From Nanobdellati archaeon (GTDB taxonomy: Archaea > B1Sed10-29 > JAGVWA01): DNA of 26,989 nucleotides. The notes under the pieces are model-generated. The model was not told the origin of the DNA, ran no database searches, and saw only the letters and a program-made list of their open reading frames with translations. The stretch covers positions 1-26,989 of the forward strand of contig JAGVWA010000009.1 of the NCBI GenBank assembly GCA_018304505.1, given 5' to 3'. This document shows positions 1-6,932 of the stretch, in pieces. Each line of letters begins with the position of its first letter. Within the stretch, counting starts at the first letter, position 1. The position numbers were made by a program, and so were the translations under genes.

Positions 1-27
1 TCCTGTTCCTGTTCCGCCGTCCCACAT
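1..27 (-). CDS. Partial (runs off the window edge) small protein starting MWDGGTGTG; member of the Met-Trp-start group
   Basis: The reverse strand reads AAAAGCTATTTATA (BRE/TATA, ~62-75), then GGAGA (RBS-like), then ATG TGG GAC GGC GGA ACA GGA ACA GGA to the window edge. Not in the ORF track. Confidence 0.6.
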
Positions 28-85
28 TAGTTGTCATCTCCGGTATAATTATACATCGTATCTATAAATAGCTTTTGGTAGACTG

Positions 86-454
86 CTAGAAGTTGACCCT
101 GATCGTGTCATCGTCAAAATCAAACTTTTTTTCGTCGGTGATTTTTCGCCACGCGTCGCTGATTCGGCGCAGGGCGCTTGAGAACTCGGTATTGAGATGG
201 TATCTCATTTGTCGCCTGTCCACTATGCCCAGTGACCTCAGCCTGACGAAGACCTTCTGCATCGTGGCCCGAGAAATTGATTTTTCGTTGCAAATTTTGT
301 TAAGGTGGTGGCCTTCGAGGCCGTTCTCGCTTTGTGAAATCGCTTTAATGAGGTGGGCCGCAGCGAACCTGTACTTGTCCTGCTGAGGGTACAGTATCCG
401 TGTTAATTCCTCCAGGGTCATGCCCGTGCTTGGTTTTTGATGATGAAAATCCAC
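86..454 (-). CDS. Winged helix-turn-helix DNA-binding protein
   Basis: 122-aa ORF with a GTG start preceded by GGAG. SRATMQKVFVRLRSLGIVDRRQMRYHL resembles a wHTH recognition helix plus wing. Confidence 0.75.
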   Translation of the reverse strand: MDFHHQKPSTGMTLEELTRILYPQQDKYRFAAAHLIKAISQSENGLEGHHLNKICNEKSISRATMQKVFVRLRSLGIVDRRQMRYHLNTEFSSALRRISDAWRKITDEKKFDFDDDTIRVNF

Positions 455-590
455 GTTAATCGCTCCACACCGCGCGTTTTCCGTTGTTGGTTTGCACTAA
501 ATAGTAAATCAGGGTTTTTAAAACTAGCGGTTCACGTCGGGGGAATAAACCAGCGTGGGTTTAAACTGAAATTTACTAAACCGAGTTAAG

Positions 591-604
591 GAAAGCTTAT
601 ATTT
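591..604 (+). promoter_or_regulatory. Archaeal BRE/TATA promoter of the tRNA
   Basis: GAAAGC-TTATATTT ends about 29 nt upstream of the mature tRNA 5' end. Confidence 0.6.
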
Positions 605-632
605 GTTGAGAAACAAAAGGTAGTTTATAGGT

Positions 633-715
633 GCCAGGGTGCCATAGTCAGGTATTGGGCTCGCCTTAGGAGCGAGTGCCCACGGGCAACGCGGGTTCAA
701 ATCCCGCCCCTGGCG
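633..715 (+). tRNA. trnL: tRNA-Leu (anticodon TAG), class II with long variable arm, CCA not encoded
   Basis: Acceptor stem GCCAGGG/CCCTGGC; anticodon arm CTCGC-CTTAGGA-GCGAG; 14-nt variable region TGCCCACGGGCAAC; T arm GCGGG-TTCAAAT-CCCGC. Confidence 0.93.
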
Positions 716-1040
716 CCTATTTCTCCACCACCCTAATTATGCAATTAGGAGTATAAAAACTTAATTGAAACCAGCGTGGGTTTAAACCAGTTGAAATAGG
801 GCGCGGTAGCAAAATCGTTATAAGGGATGCTTGTTATAATTATCGCGGGCGTTCCAGAAGGAATAGCGAAAGGCAGCACCATAATTGCTAGTTTTAAGGT
901 GAGGAACGATGAAGCTGCCAGTACTATAGTCCGGCAAGCGGGTTGAAGAAAGAAGAATTTGTAAAGGGAATATAAGTCGACCCACAAGTTTATACTGTTT
1001 AGTGTAAACGGGAATTCAGGGGGTGCGCCCGACAACTGCT

Positions 1041-1060
1041 TTCTTACACTAATTAGTGCA
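1041..1060 (+). promoter_or_regulatory. Palindrome-containing 20-mer TTCTTACACTAATTAGTGCA; near-identical inverted copy at 2569-2588
   Basis: 19/20 identity to the reverse complement of 2569-2588; the core CACTAATTAGTG is a perfect palindrome. Confidence 0.6.
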
Positions 1061-1077
1061 AGTATATATATGTACCT

Positions 1078-1204
1078 CTGGGGGGCACGCTTTCTCGACA
1101 ACGGCGTGCCTGCAGAAACCGGGTTGTGCTTGGCCCCAGGAAGGGCCTGGCGGAATTTACTGATTAGTAGAAAACGGGGGCAACCACAGCCAGCTGGCAC
1201 CCAG
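1078..1204 (+). ncRNA. Candidate structured non-coding RNA, unknown family
   Basis: Closing stem CTGGG/CCCAG, hairpin GGCACGCT/GGCGTGCC, and stem GGTTGTG/CACAGCC extended by TTG/CAA and CCCC/GGGG. It lies downstream of TATA-like sequence. Confidence 0.35.
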
Positions 1205-1222
1205 TAGCATGAATTTATAAAC

Positions 1223-1302
1223 TTAAGTAATTTGGGGTTTTACTTAACCTAGGTTAAGTAATTTGGCGTTTTACTTAAGTTGGGTTAAGTGATTGCGGGG
1301 TT
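1223..1302. repeat. 31-bp-period tandem of palindromic TTAAGTAA-N9-TTACTTAA units, including a perfect 22-bp palindrome (1240-1261)
   Basis: Units at 1223-1247 and 1254-1278, plus a degenerate third from 1285; palindrome TTACTTAACCTAGGTTAAGTAA. Confidence 0.85.
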
Positions 1303-1341
1303 GTGGGCCCCGGCCACCGTTGGTCGGTTATGAAGAATCGT

Positions 1342-1445
1342 CATTATAATGATAAAATGGCATTATAATGGGGGAATGACACTACAATGATAAAATGACA
1401 TTACAATGAAAGAATGACATTATAATGAAGAAACGACATTATAAA
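1342..1445. repeat. Tandem array of about 5.5 degenerate 19-bp units with core CATTATAATG
   Basis: Units start at 1342, 1361, 1380, 1399, 1418 and 1437; the core is palindromic. Confidence 0.9.
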
Positions 1446-1608
1446 CCACACCCGGGCACCCCTCCGAGTACATTAGTGTGTGCTGAGCAAAGAGGACGAG
1501 GGGCACAGGGATTTGTAAATTTTGCTGTATACAAAACTTATACAGTTGTATAAAAAGTTTACTCGATTTGTGCTGTGCTAACAGGGCAGGTCAGCGTTTT
1601 ATTATCCA

Positions 1609-1938
1609 TTATGAGTTTTGCCTTTCAAGCTCTTCAAAGTCCCGCAGGGCTTCGAACGCGCTGCCCTTGGTGGTGTCTGATTCTGCGCTTGTCATGGCTG
1701 TTTTCAGTATACTCCTGATTTCAGCGACGCCTTCCGCCCTGTGAACCAGTGAGAATTGTTGGATCGTTGAGTCATTTCCACTATCGATCCGCAGCGAGAC
1801 GCAGGGCTTGGCGTTGCTGGCGGCGATTTGGAAGCTTCCCGTGTCTAGCCTGACGGTTTGTTCCGGGTCCATTTGCTGGGCCAGCGTCGCGTAGAATCCT
1901 GGCGCAGTGCTTTTTGTGGCTTCAAGTTTCACCCACAT
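1609..1938 (-). CDS. Hypothetical protein, 109 aa, Met-Trp start (MWVKLEAT)
   Basis: ATG at 1938 is preceded by a GGAGG RBS embedded in the end of the upstream gene. The track's TTG start at 1953 overlaps that RBS and is unlikely. Confidence 0.75.
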   Translation of the reverse strand: MWVKLEATKSTAPGFYATLAQQMDPEQTVRLDTGSFQIAASNAKPCVSLRIDSGNDSTIQQFSLVHRAEGVAEIRSILKTAMTSAESDTTKGSAFEALRDFEELERQNS

Positions 1939-1940
1939 TT

Positions 1941-2210
1941 TTATTCCTCCCAATCAGTGTCCGAGCCGTCAGGTTCTGGTAAATCAAATGCGCGCATCGC
2001 GACGCTTGCAGGATGAAGCTCAATCATAGGATCGCCGCTATTTGGGACGTGCATTATCTGGCCGCTTCCAAGCAGGTCGAAGCTGCCTCGTTCGGTGTGT
2101 GCCGTGGCGAGGATGCCGCCGCCCCGTGCCGCGATTTCATCTAGGCGCTTTTGAAGCGCGTCTGGCAGTTCATCGTGCCTTTCGTCGTGCCACATTTTAT
2201 CATTCCACAT
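1941..2210 (-). CDS. Hypothetical protein, 89 aa, Met-Trp start (MWNDKMWHDE, two in-frame MW)
   Basis: GGTGA RBS just upstream; middle gene of a tightly packed three-gene operon. Confidence 0.75.
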   Translation of the reverse strand: MWNDKMWHDERHDELPDALQKRLDEIAARGGGILATAHTERGSFDLLGSGQIMHVPNSGDPMIELHPASVAMRAFDLPEPDGSDTDWEE

Positions 2211-2214
2211 TATA

Positions 2215-2535
2215 TCACCAGCGAGTTGGCGTCATTTCGTGGATCGCGTCAAGGGCCCGTTGGGCCTGTTCATGTGGGCTGGCGCCGAGTTCATGAGTTA
2301 ATTCCTGCAGTGCCCGTGTCATGTCGCTATCAGTCAATTTGAGTGTCGTGGTTGTGTCATCAGTGAATGTCTTAATGTAAAGCGCCTCGGGGCCAAGGTA
2401 GTACGCCGTTCCCAGATCGCCTTCAGTGGCACCCCACCTGCCAAGGGCCCGTACCCCCCGGCTGTTGATTTCAGACTGAAACTGCCTTGACAATTCTTGG
2501 TCGCTGCGCGAATGCGCGGTTTGTGTTGTCCACAT
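2215..2535 (-). CDS. Hypothetical protein, 106 aa, Met-Trp start (MWTTQTAH)
   Basis: First gene of the operon; GGGGA RBS-like sequence and an upstream TTCTTATA TATA-like box. Confidence 0.75.
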   Translation of the reverse strand: MWTTQTAHSRSDQELSRQFQSEINSRGVRALGRWGATEGDLGTAYYLGPEALYIKTFTDDTTTTLKLTDSDMTRALQELTHELGASPHEQAQRALDAIHEMTPTRW

Positions 2536-2620
2536 ATGAGTTCCCCATGAAAAGTGCAGAATAACTTATGCACTAATTAGTATAAGAACGTTTTGGCACT
2601 GCGCTGCAGGCCCTGGGCAA

Positions 2621-3232
2621 TTATTCAAATAGCCGCGACCTTGTCACCGCGCCTGTGAGGAGCATGCCAACGATTCCTACACTGAACAGCAGTATGAAGA
2701 GATACCAGGAGAAGGAGGCCACGTCCTGCAGGCCTGTTGCCGTGCTTACTTGGTTTATTGCCGTGACGTCAGTGACGTGTTCGATGCGTGCTGCTTCTGC
2801 GAACTCGCCGACCGTTAATGCGGCCCCAGCAGGGGCTTTGTAGTCGCCGGTTTCCTTGCCTGCTATGAGGAAGTTGTCGCGCGCCCCGAGCGCAACCCCT
2901 GGGGCTTCAGCGTAAGTGTATTTTGGAATTGTAAAGAAAACGAGGCTGGCGAGGAACACGATGAACACAACGGCCATGGCGGGTTTTATTATTTCCGGCG
3001 AGGCGTGATGACCAACAGTAATTGGCTGGTATTTCCTGTGGTGCCTGAACTGGCCTTTCTTGCTGAGTTTTTCGTACTCTTTGTCAGACAGCTGCAGAAT
3101 CAATGGGCCCGTGTATCCGCAGGTGGTGCAGTAGTAATCCTGAGGTAGGCCGAGGCCGAGCAAGGCGCCGGATTCCTTTCTGAGCGACGCATAATCGAGT
3201 TCCCGAGACCCGCATTTTGGGCAGACCTTCAT
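2621..3232 (-). CDS. Membrane protein with N-terminal zinc ribbon
   Basis: CPKCGS...CTTCGY motifs and two hydrophobic transmembrane-like segments; 4-nt ATGA overlap with the upstream gene. Confidence 0.8.
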   Translation of the reverse strand: MKVCPKCGSRELDYASLRKESGALLGLGLPQDYYCTTCGYTGPLILQLSDKEYEKLSKKGQFRHHRKYQPITVGHHASPEIIKPAMAVVFIVFLASLVFFTIPKYTYAEAPGVALGARDNFLIAGKETGDYKAPAGAALTVGEFAEAARIEHVTDVTAINQVSTATGLQDVASFSWYLFILLFSVGIVGMLLTGAVTRSRLFE

Positions 3233-3585
3233 GAAATCACCCGAACCTGCGCCTGTGCCGCTATCGTGTCTGCAACGCGGTCGTACCTGTCTGGGTGCAT
3301 CATCACCTTTACGTCAACTGGATATGCCCCCGGCTCAATGTTGTAGCGTGCGTACAGCGGAAACGGCACAATTTTCTCCTGGCTGGGCTTTATGTAATCG
3401 ATGCGCACGCGCTTTTCCCGTGTCAGCCCCGTCTTGTCGAAACCGAGCATCAGCGGCGTTTTTGTAATTACACTTACCAACTGCGTTTCATTAGAGCGAT
3501 TTTTGATGATCACATTTAGAATTATCGGCGTCTTCTGGCCCATCATGAATCGAATGGGGTTGAGCCTTGTCGTCACGGAAAGCAT
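3229..3585 (-). CDS. Hypothetical protein, probable Ig-like beta-sandwich
   Basis: Alternating hydrophobic strands and an N...IKPSQEK...PGAYPV pattern typical of CARDB/NEW3-like folds (inference). Confidence 0.75.
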   Translation of the reverse strand: MLSVTTRLNPIRFMMGQKTPIILNVIIKNRSNETQLVSVITKTPLMLGFDKTGLTREKRVRIDYIKPSQEKIVPFPLYARYNIEPGAYPVDVKVMMHPDRYDRVADTIAAQAQVRVIS

Positions 3586-3621
3586 ACAAAGCTATTAAAG
3601 CCGCGGCGGTTTAATAACCTT

Positions 3622-4137
3622 ATGGCGGGCGCGTTGAGGGTTTTTCCAAAAGGCATGCCAGAATCAGAGCACGTAATGAGGACTTTTGTCATCCGTGACA
3701 TGGAGCTCCCCCGGGACGTTCTGCTGACGAAACAGTCGCTGCTCCGTTGGATCGCCTTGTCGTTGGGAATTATCAGCGAAAACGAAACCCGGAACACGAT
3801 CCTCCCGATTCTCGACGCATTACTTCACTTTCAAGTGAAAGAGCAAAAACCAGCATCGGCAAGGCAAGTCAAGGAATACCTCGATTCGCACGGGTGGGGT
3901 ATGCGCGACAAAATCGGCCTTGAGTCAAGGGTCACAGAGAAGGCCATCAGCTACCACCTCTCCAAGTTAGTTGACCGCGGAATCCTGCAGCAAGACAAGC
4001 GCAAGTATTCCTTTGCAAGGGACCCGGAAAACCCTGACATAGCCGGGTTCATTGACTTCTACGTCAAAACAAACACAGGCAAGTCCATTTCCAGGGCAAA
4101 GCGCGCCTTTGAAGAACTCAGGAACCTGTACCATTAG
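3622..4137 (+). CDS. Winged-helix (ArsR-like) DNA-binding protein; alternative start at 3655
   Basis: TEKAISYHLSKLVDRGIL HTH motif. The TATA-like TTTAATAA at 3610-3617 fits the ATG at 3655 better. Confidence 0.85.
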   Translation: MAGALRVFPKGMPESEHVMRTFVIRDMELPRDVLLTKQSLLRWIALSLGIISENETRNTILPILDALLHFQVKEQKPASARQVKEYLDSHGWGMRDKIGLESRVTEKAISYHLSKLVDRGILQQDKRKYSFARDPENPDIAGFIDFYVKTNTGKSISRAKRAFEELRNLYH

Positions 4138-4140
4138 AAA

Positions 4141-4680
4141 TTTAGACATAATGGTTTTAATTATTATATCATATCATATTAATTAAATTTTATAAAAGAT
4201 AATTTATTAAATTAATTATAACTAATTAATCTTATCCTTTTTAATTTATAAAATCTAATTTATAAAATGTACTTTCTTAGACGTTCTTTGGCAGATTCTT
4301 AAACAATATTTGCAAAACCGTGCGTGCGTAAAACGGCCCGGAAAGGCCGAATTTGGGCTTTTCAGGGGTGGCTCGTGCGGTCGGCAGGCCCCCATCGGAG
4401 CTAGCCCCGGTTCAGAGGGTTTGGCTAGCCCAATGGCCTTGGCTGCGCCAGAGTGCGGTGGCGGGGCGCTTGGGCGTGGAGTTGCCCGGCACGTTGCGGG
4501 CGCGTAGTGTAAGATTCAAGGGGTGTAGTGTAAGATTCCGCAGGCGTAGTGTAAGACACATTGGGCGTGAGCCTGTGTGTTCCCAACATGGCTGAAAGGG
4601 CGCAGAAAGTGAGACTTAGGTCCAAAAGTTCGTGGTACCTTAAAGCCAAAATGTGAGACCTTGGTGGAATTTGGGGCGCT
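4141..4680. other. Candidate replication origin: AT-rich unwinding-like tract plus 21-bp-periodic repeats
   Basis: 4151-4270 has 11 G/C in 120 nt. GTAGTGTAAGA occurs at 4504, 4525 and 4546. No credible ORF covers the region. Confidence 0.4.
4504..4556 (+). repeat. Three direct repeats of GTAGTGTAAGA with 21-bp period
   Basis: Read directly at 4504, 4525 and 4546. Confidence 0.9.
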
Positions 4681-4707
4681 GATTCCAACAGCAATATTGC
4701 AAAGGGG

Positions 4708-4953
4708 CTATTCGGGCTCGTCGGGGGCGCTTTCAAAGATTTCCGGGTCATTGAAGTCCCTAGTGTCCGGCACATCAAGCCGCTCATAGGAGATGCCCCG
4801 AAGGGCCGAGCCACGTTCAGTTAACTCCATGAGCACCTTATTGCCGTTTTCTGCTAGAACAAGCTTGAATTTGCCCTCTGGTGTCCTGAACCGGACTTCT
4901 TGGCCATGCACCAGCTTGCAGTCTTTCCGGTCAATGGCAATTGCACTCCACAT
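4708..4953 (-). CDS. Hypothetical protein, 81 aa, Met-Trp start (MWSAIAID)
   Basis: TTTATTA TATA-like box about 25 nt upstream, so probably leaderless; acidic C-terminus. Confidence 0.7.
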   Translation of the reverse strand: MWSAIAIDRKDCKLVHGQEVRFRTPEGKFKLVLAENGNKVLMELTERGSALRGISYERLDVPDTRDFNDPEIFESAPDEPE

Positions 4954-5000
4954 AATTAGTTTCCACGCTTGAAGGTAATAAACCTGCTATCGTGGATTGT

Positions 5001-5561
5001 CTACTTGAGCTTGCTGCTAATGATTAAATCGTGCAAATTGTTCAAGGTTTTCCTGGCCATGTCCTGCTTGGGCTTCAACCCAGGCACAATGCTGCCGGGG
5101 TAAACGAGCTGCGAGTACTCGGCATACAGGTCCTCGAGGTCGTTGTACAGCTGCTCGGCGTCCTTTATTTCGGCTCTGCCGAGCATGTCCATGGCCACCC
5201 GTTTCAACTCACCGATGGCGTCACCCATGCCTGTCAGGTATGCTTCGCTCGGCACATTGAGGTTAGGCAGTTTTCTTGATTCATAGAACGAGATCAAGAT
5301 TGCGAGTTCTGCATATTCCTGGTAAGCTGCGCCAAGCATCTGCGCCACTAATTCAGGGTGCTCCTTGTGGCTGGCCTCGAGCTTCCTGATTTTGCCATCG
5401 ATGGTCTGGAGCTGGGCCTTTGCCTCTGCTGTTTTGCCCTTCTGGAATTCCCTGATGGCCTTGGCGCACGCTGGTATGATTTCGCGTGAGTCCTTTATCA
5501 GCTTGTCCCGGACGTCTTGTATTACGTCGAGCTCTTGTTTAATCTGTGCCAGTTTCGTCAT
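5001..5561 (-). CDS. Translin/TRAX-family (C3PO-like) RNA-binding endonuclease
   Basis: AYQEYAE and YLTGMGDAIGELKR motifs plus C-terminal LKPKQD, characteristic of archaeal translin homologs. Confidence 0.9.
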   Translation of the reverse strand: MTKLAQIKQELDVIQDVRDKLIKDSREIIPACAKAIREFQKGKTAEAKAQLQTIDGKIRKLEASHKEHPELVAQMLGAAYQEYAELAILISFYESRKLPNLNVPSEAYLTGMGDAIGELKRVAMDMLGRAEIKDAEQLYNDLEDLYAEYSQLVYPGSIVPGLKPKQDMARKTLNNLHDLIISSKLK

Positions 5562-5781
5562 CGAGAACTTTAGCTCCGGGGTTGTTTATTATACCTTCTG
5601 TACCCCTGATTGCAAACAGGGGCTCGCCGTGTACCCCTGGCTCTAAGGCTAGCGTTTTCGGGTCATACGCCACCAGGTGTTGTACACCCCGCGAATCCCT
5701 GACGCCAACTACCGAGAAATCCGGCCTCTGAGCCCTGATTGTGTTAGTAAGGGCGCTGCCAAAAATGTTGTTTTCCCACAT
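5539..5781 (-). CDS. Hypothetical protein, 80 aa, Met-Trp start (MWENNIFG)
   Basis: A GAGGTGA RBS lies 8 nt before the ATG at 5781; the track's GTG at 5793 lies within that RBS. The 3' end overlaps the translin start by 23 nt. Confidence 0.7.
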   Translation of the reverse strand: MWENNIFGSALTNTIRAQRPDFSVVGVRDSRGVQHLVAYDPKTLALEPGVHGEPLFAIRGTEGIINNPGAKVLDDETGTD

Positions 5782-5789
5782 GTTATTTT

Positions 5790-6080
5790 TCACCTCTTAT
5801 TCGGAATTTTTTCCTCGCCCTGATACAAAAGCGTGTACCGCAGGGCTTCGCCGCGCGCGTCTACCTGGATTTGTTTTACTTCATGGAGCCATGCGTCCCG
5901 GGGCTCGGGCGCGGTGTGGTTCCGGTCGTCGAATTCTAAAGGCACCCAAAACGCGCCTTCATTGACGTTGCGCAGCTCGATTTTGCCATCTTGTTGTTTT
6001 GCAATGACGCGTGACTGGCCGATCATTTCAAATGTCTCGCTGTATAATGGGTGCCCCTCTGTCACCGTTGTTTTCCACAT
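5790..6080 (-). CDS. Hypothetical protein, 96 aa, Met-Trp start (MWKTTVTE)
   Basis: GAAACC-TTTAAATA promoter and GAGG upstream; the stop codon overlaps the RBS of the next MW gene. Confidence 0.75.
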   Translation of the reverse strand: MWKTTVTEGHPLYSETFEMIGQSRVIAKQQDGKIELRNVNEGAFWVPLEFDDRNHTAPEPRDAWLHEVKQIQVDARGEALRYTLLYQGEEKIPNKR

Positions 6081-6157
6081 AAGCCTCTAGAGAGTATCTG
6101 TGCAAAAACATATTTAAAGGTTTCTGCATGCGGCGCGGCTCCCCAGAACCCAGGGGG

Positions 6158-6556
6158 TTAAAAAAGCCTTAAGGCATCGTTGGGCCTAATGATTTTTATA
6201 CCTCTAAATGTGTCAATGCTAGTCAAATGCTTGTCATAGCTTATAATGTAGTCTGAAGATGATGCAATGGCACATTCTAAAATTTTGTTATCATCTGGGT
6301 CGTCTTTAACAACTTCAAGTTTCTCATTTGGTTCTATAAGTTTAATAAATGTAAAGAGGATCTCGGTTATCTGCTCAACAGCGTCTGCATTGTAATCAAA
6401 ATCCCTCTTTAGCACATTCTGGAATTCTTGCAGGGCGGCAACAGAAGAAAAAATTTCAACGTCCCTTTCAATGAAGTTATACAGCATCTTCTGAGCAACG
6501 CTGCCGTCCCACAGGATAGCTGAGATAAGTACATTGGTGTCAAGGACGACCCGCAA
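6158..6556 (-). CDS. PIN-domain toxin (VapC-like, putative type II TA toxin)
   Basis: RVVLDTNVLISA, DDPDDNKILECA and IISYDKHL motifs; likely TTG start at 6556, just after the antitoxin stop. Confidence 0.92.
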   Translation of the reverse strand: MRVVLDTNVLISAILWDGSVAQKMLYNFIERDVEIFSSVAALQEFQNVLKRDFDYNADAVEQITEILFTFIKLIEPNEKLEVVKDDPDDNKILECAIASSSDYIISYDKHLTSIDTFRGIKIIRPNDALRLF

Positions 6557-6557
6557 A

Positions 6558-6827
6558 CTACCGCCGCCTTTGTTTTTCAATAATACCTTGGATGTCTTCC
6601 TCTCTTATTCCCCGTGCTTCCAATCGTTTTTTCCCTTGCTTTGCAATGCTTTTAAGTTTACTGATTAATTCTTCTTTTGAGGGCAGGTCTATGCGCTTGA
6701 GTATAACCATGTCCGCGCTGCTTATTACAGCAAACACCGTGCCTTCTGTTGCATGAATCATTGCTCGTGTGCTCTGGGGAATAACGATTTGGCCTTTCGA
6801 GGACATCCTTACTGTTTCGACACTCAC
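6558..6827 (-). CDS. AbrB/MazE/SpoVT-family antitoxin
   Basis: MSSKGQIVIPQSTR signature; directly upstream of the PIN gene. Confidence 0.92.
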   Translation of the reverse strand: MSVETVRMSSKGQIVIPQSTRAMIHATEGTVFAVISSADMVILKRIDLPSKEELISKLKSIAKQGKKRLEARGIREEDIQGIIEKQRRR

Positions 6828-6842
6828 ATCTCTCCCTCGGTA

Positions 6843-6880
6843 TTCTTACTTTCTTACTTTAAGAATGTTCTATTATATAA
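6843..6880 (-). promoter_or_regulatory. TA operon promoter with tandem TTCTTACT x2 putative operator
   Basis: TTTATATAA TATA box on the minus strand at ~6873-6881 and a direct repeat at 6843-6858 near the expected transcription start. Confidence 0.45.
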
Positions 6881-6932
6881 AGTTTCCTTCTAGAAGCGGC
6901 GCGGTCAAGTTATCTCAGCTGGGCCCGCGCGG

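Larger units (their letters stand above)
547..787 (+). repeat. 20-bp direct repeat AAACCAGCGTGGGTTTAAAC flanking the tRNA gene (547-566 and 768-787)
   Basis: Two identical copies read directly; each contains the dyad AAACC-N6-GGTTT. Confidence 0.85.

Noticed and set aside
633-715. CUA reassigned from Leu to Ser
   Set aside because: CTA codons in glyA ([15 protein letters not shown]) fall at positions that are conserved Leu in SHMT.
690-715. tRNA used as an attB site for an integrated element
   Set aside because: I saw no second copy of the tRNA 3' end and no integrase in this window; one outside the window cannot be excluded.
745-1200. 151-aa minus-strand ORF in the post-tRNA gap
   Set aside because: No RBS, no recognisable motif and atypical composition; it overlaps promoter-like and structured elements on the other strand.
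860-1204. RNase P, SRP or 5S RNA
   Set aside because: Fragments such as GCAGAAAC and GGAAGG are present, but I could not find the RNase P GAGGAAAGUCC/CR-V pair, the SRP GGAAGGGAGCA helix-8 motif or 5S hallmarks.
1342-1445. CRISPR array
   Set aside because: The period is only 19 bp with 9-nt linkers that resemble each other; there are no unique spacers and no cas genes.
4425-4814. 129-aa ORF with SYTT repeats, and the overlapping + strand ORFs at 4310-4595
   Set aside because: The peptide repeats are just the translation of the 21-bp DNA repeats; the ORF overlaps the 4708-4953 gene and has no start signals.
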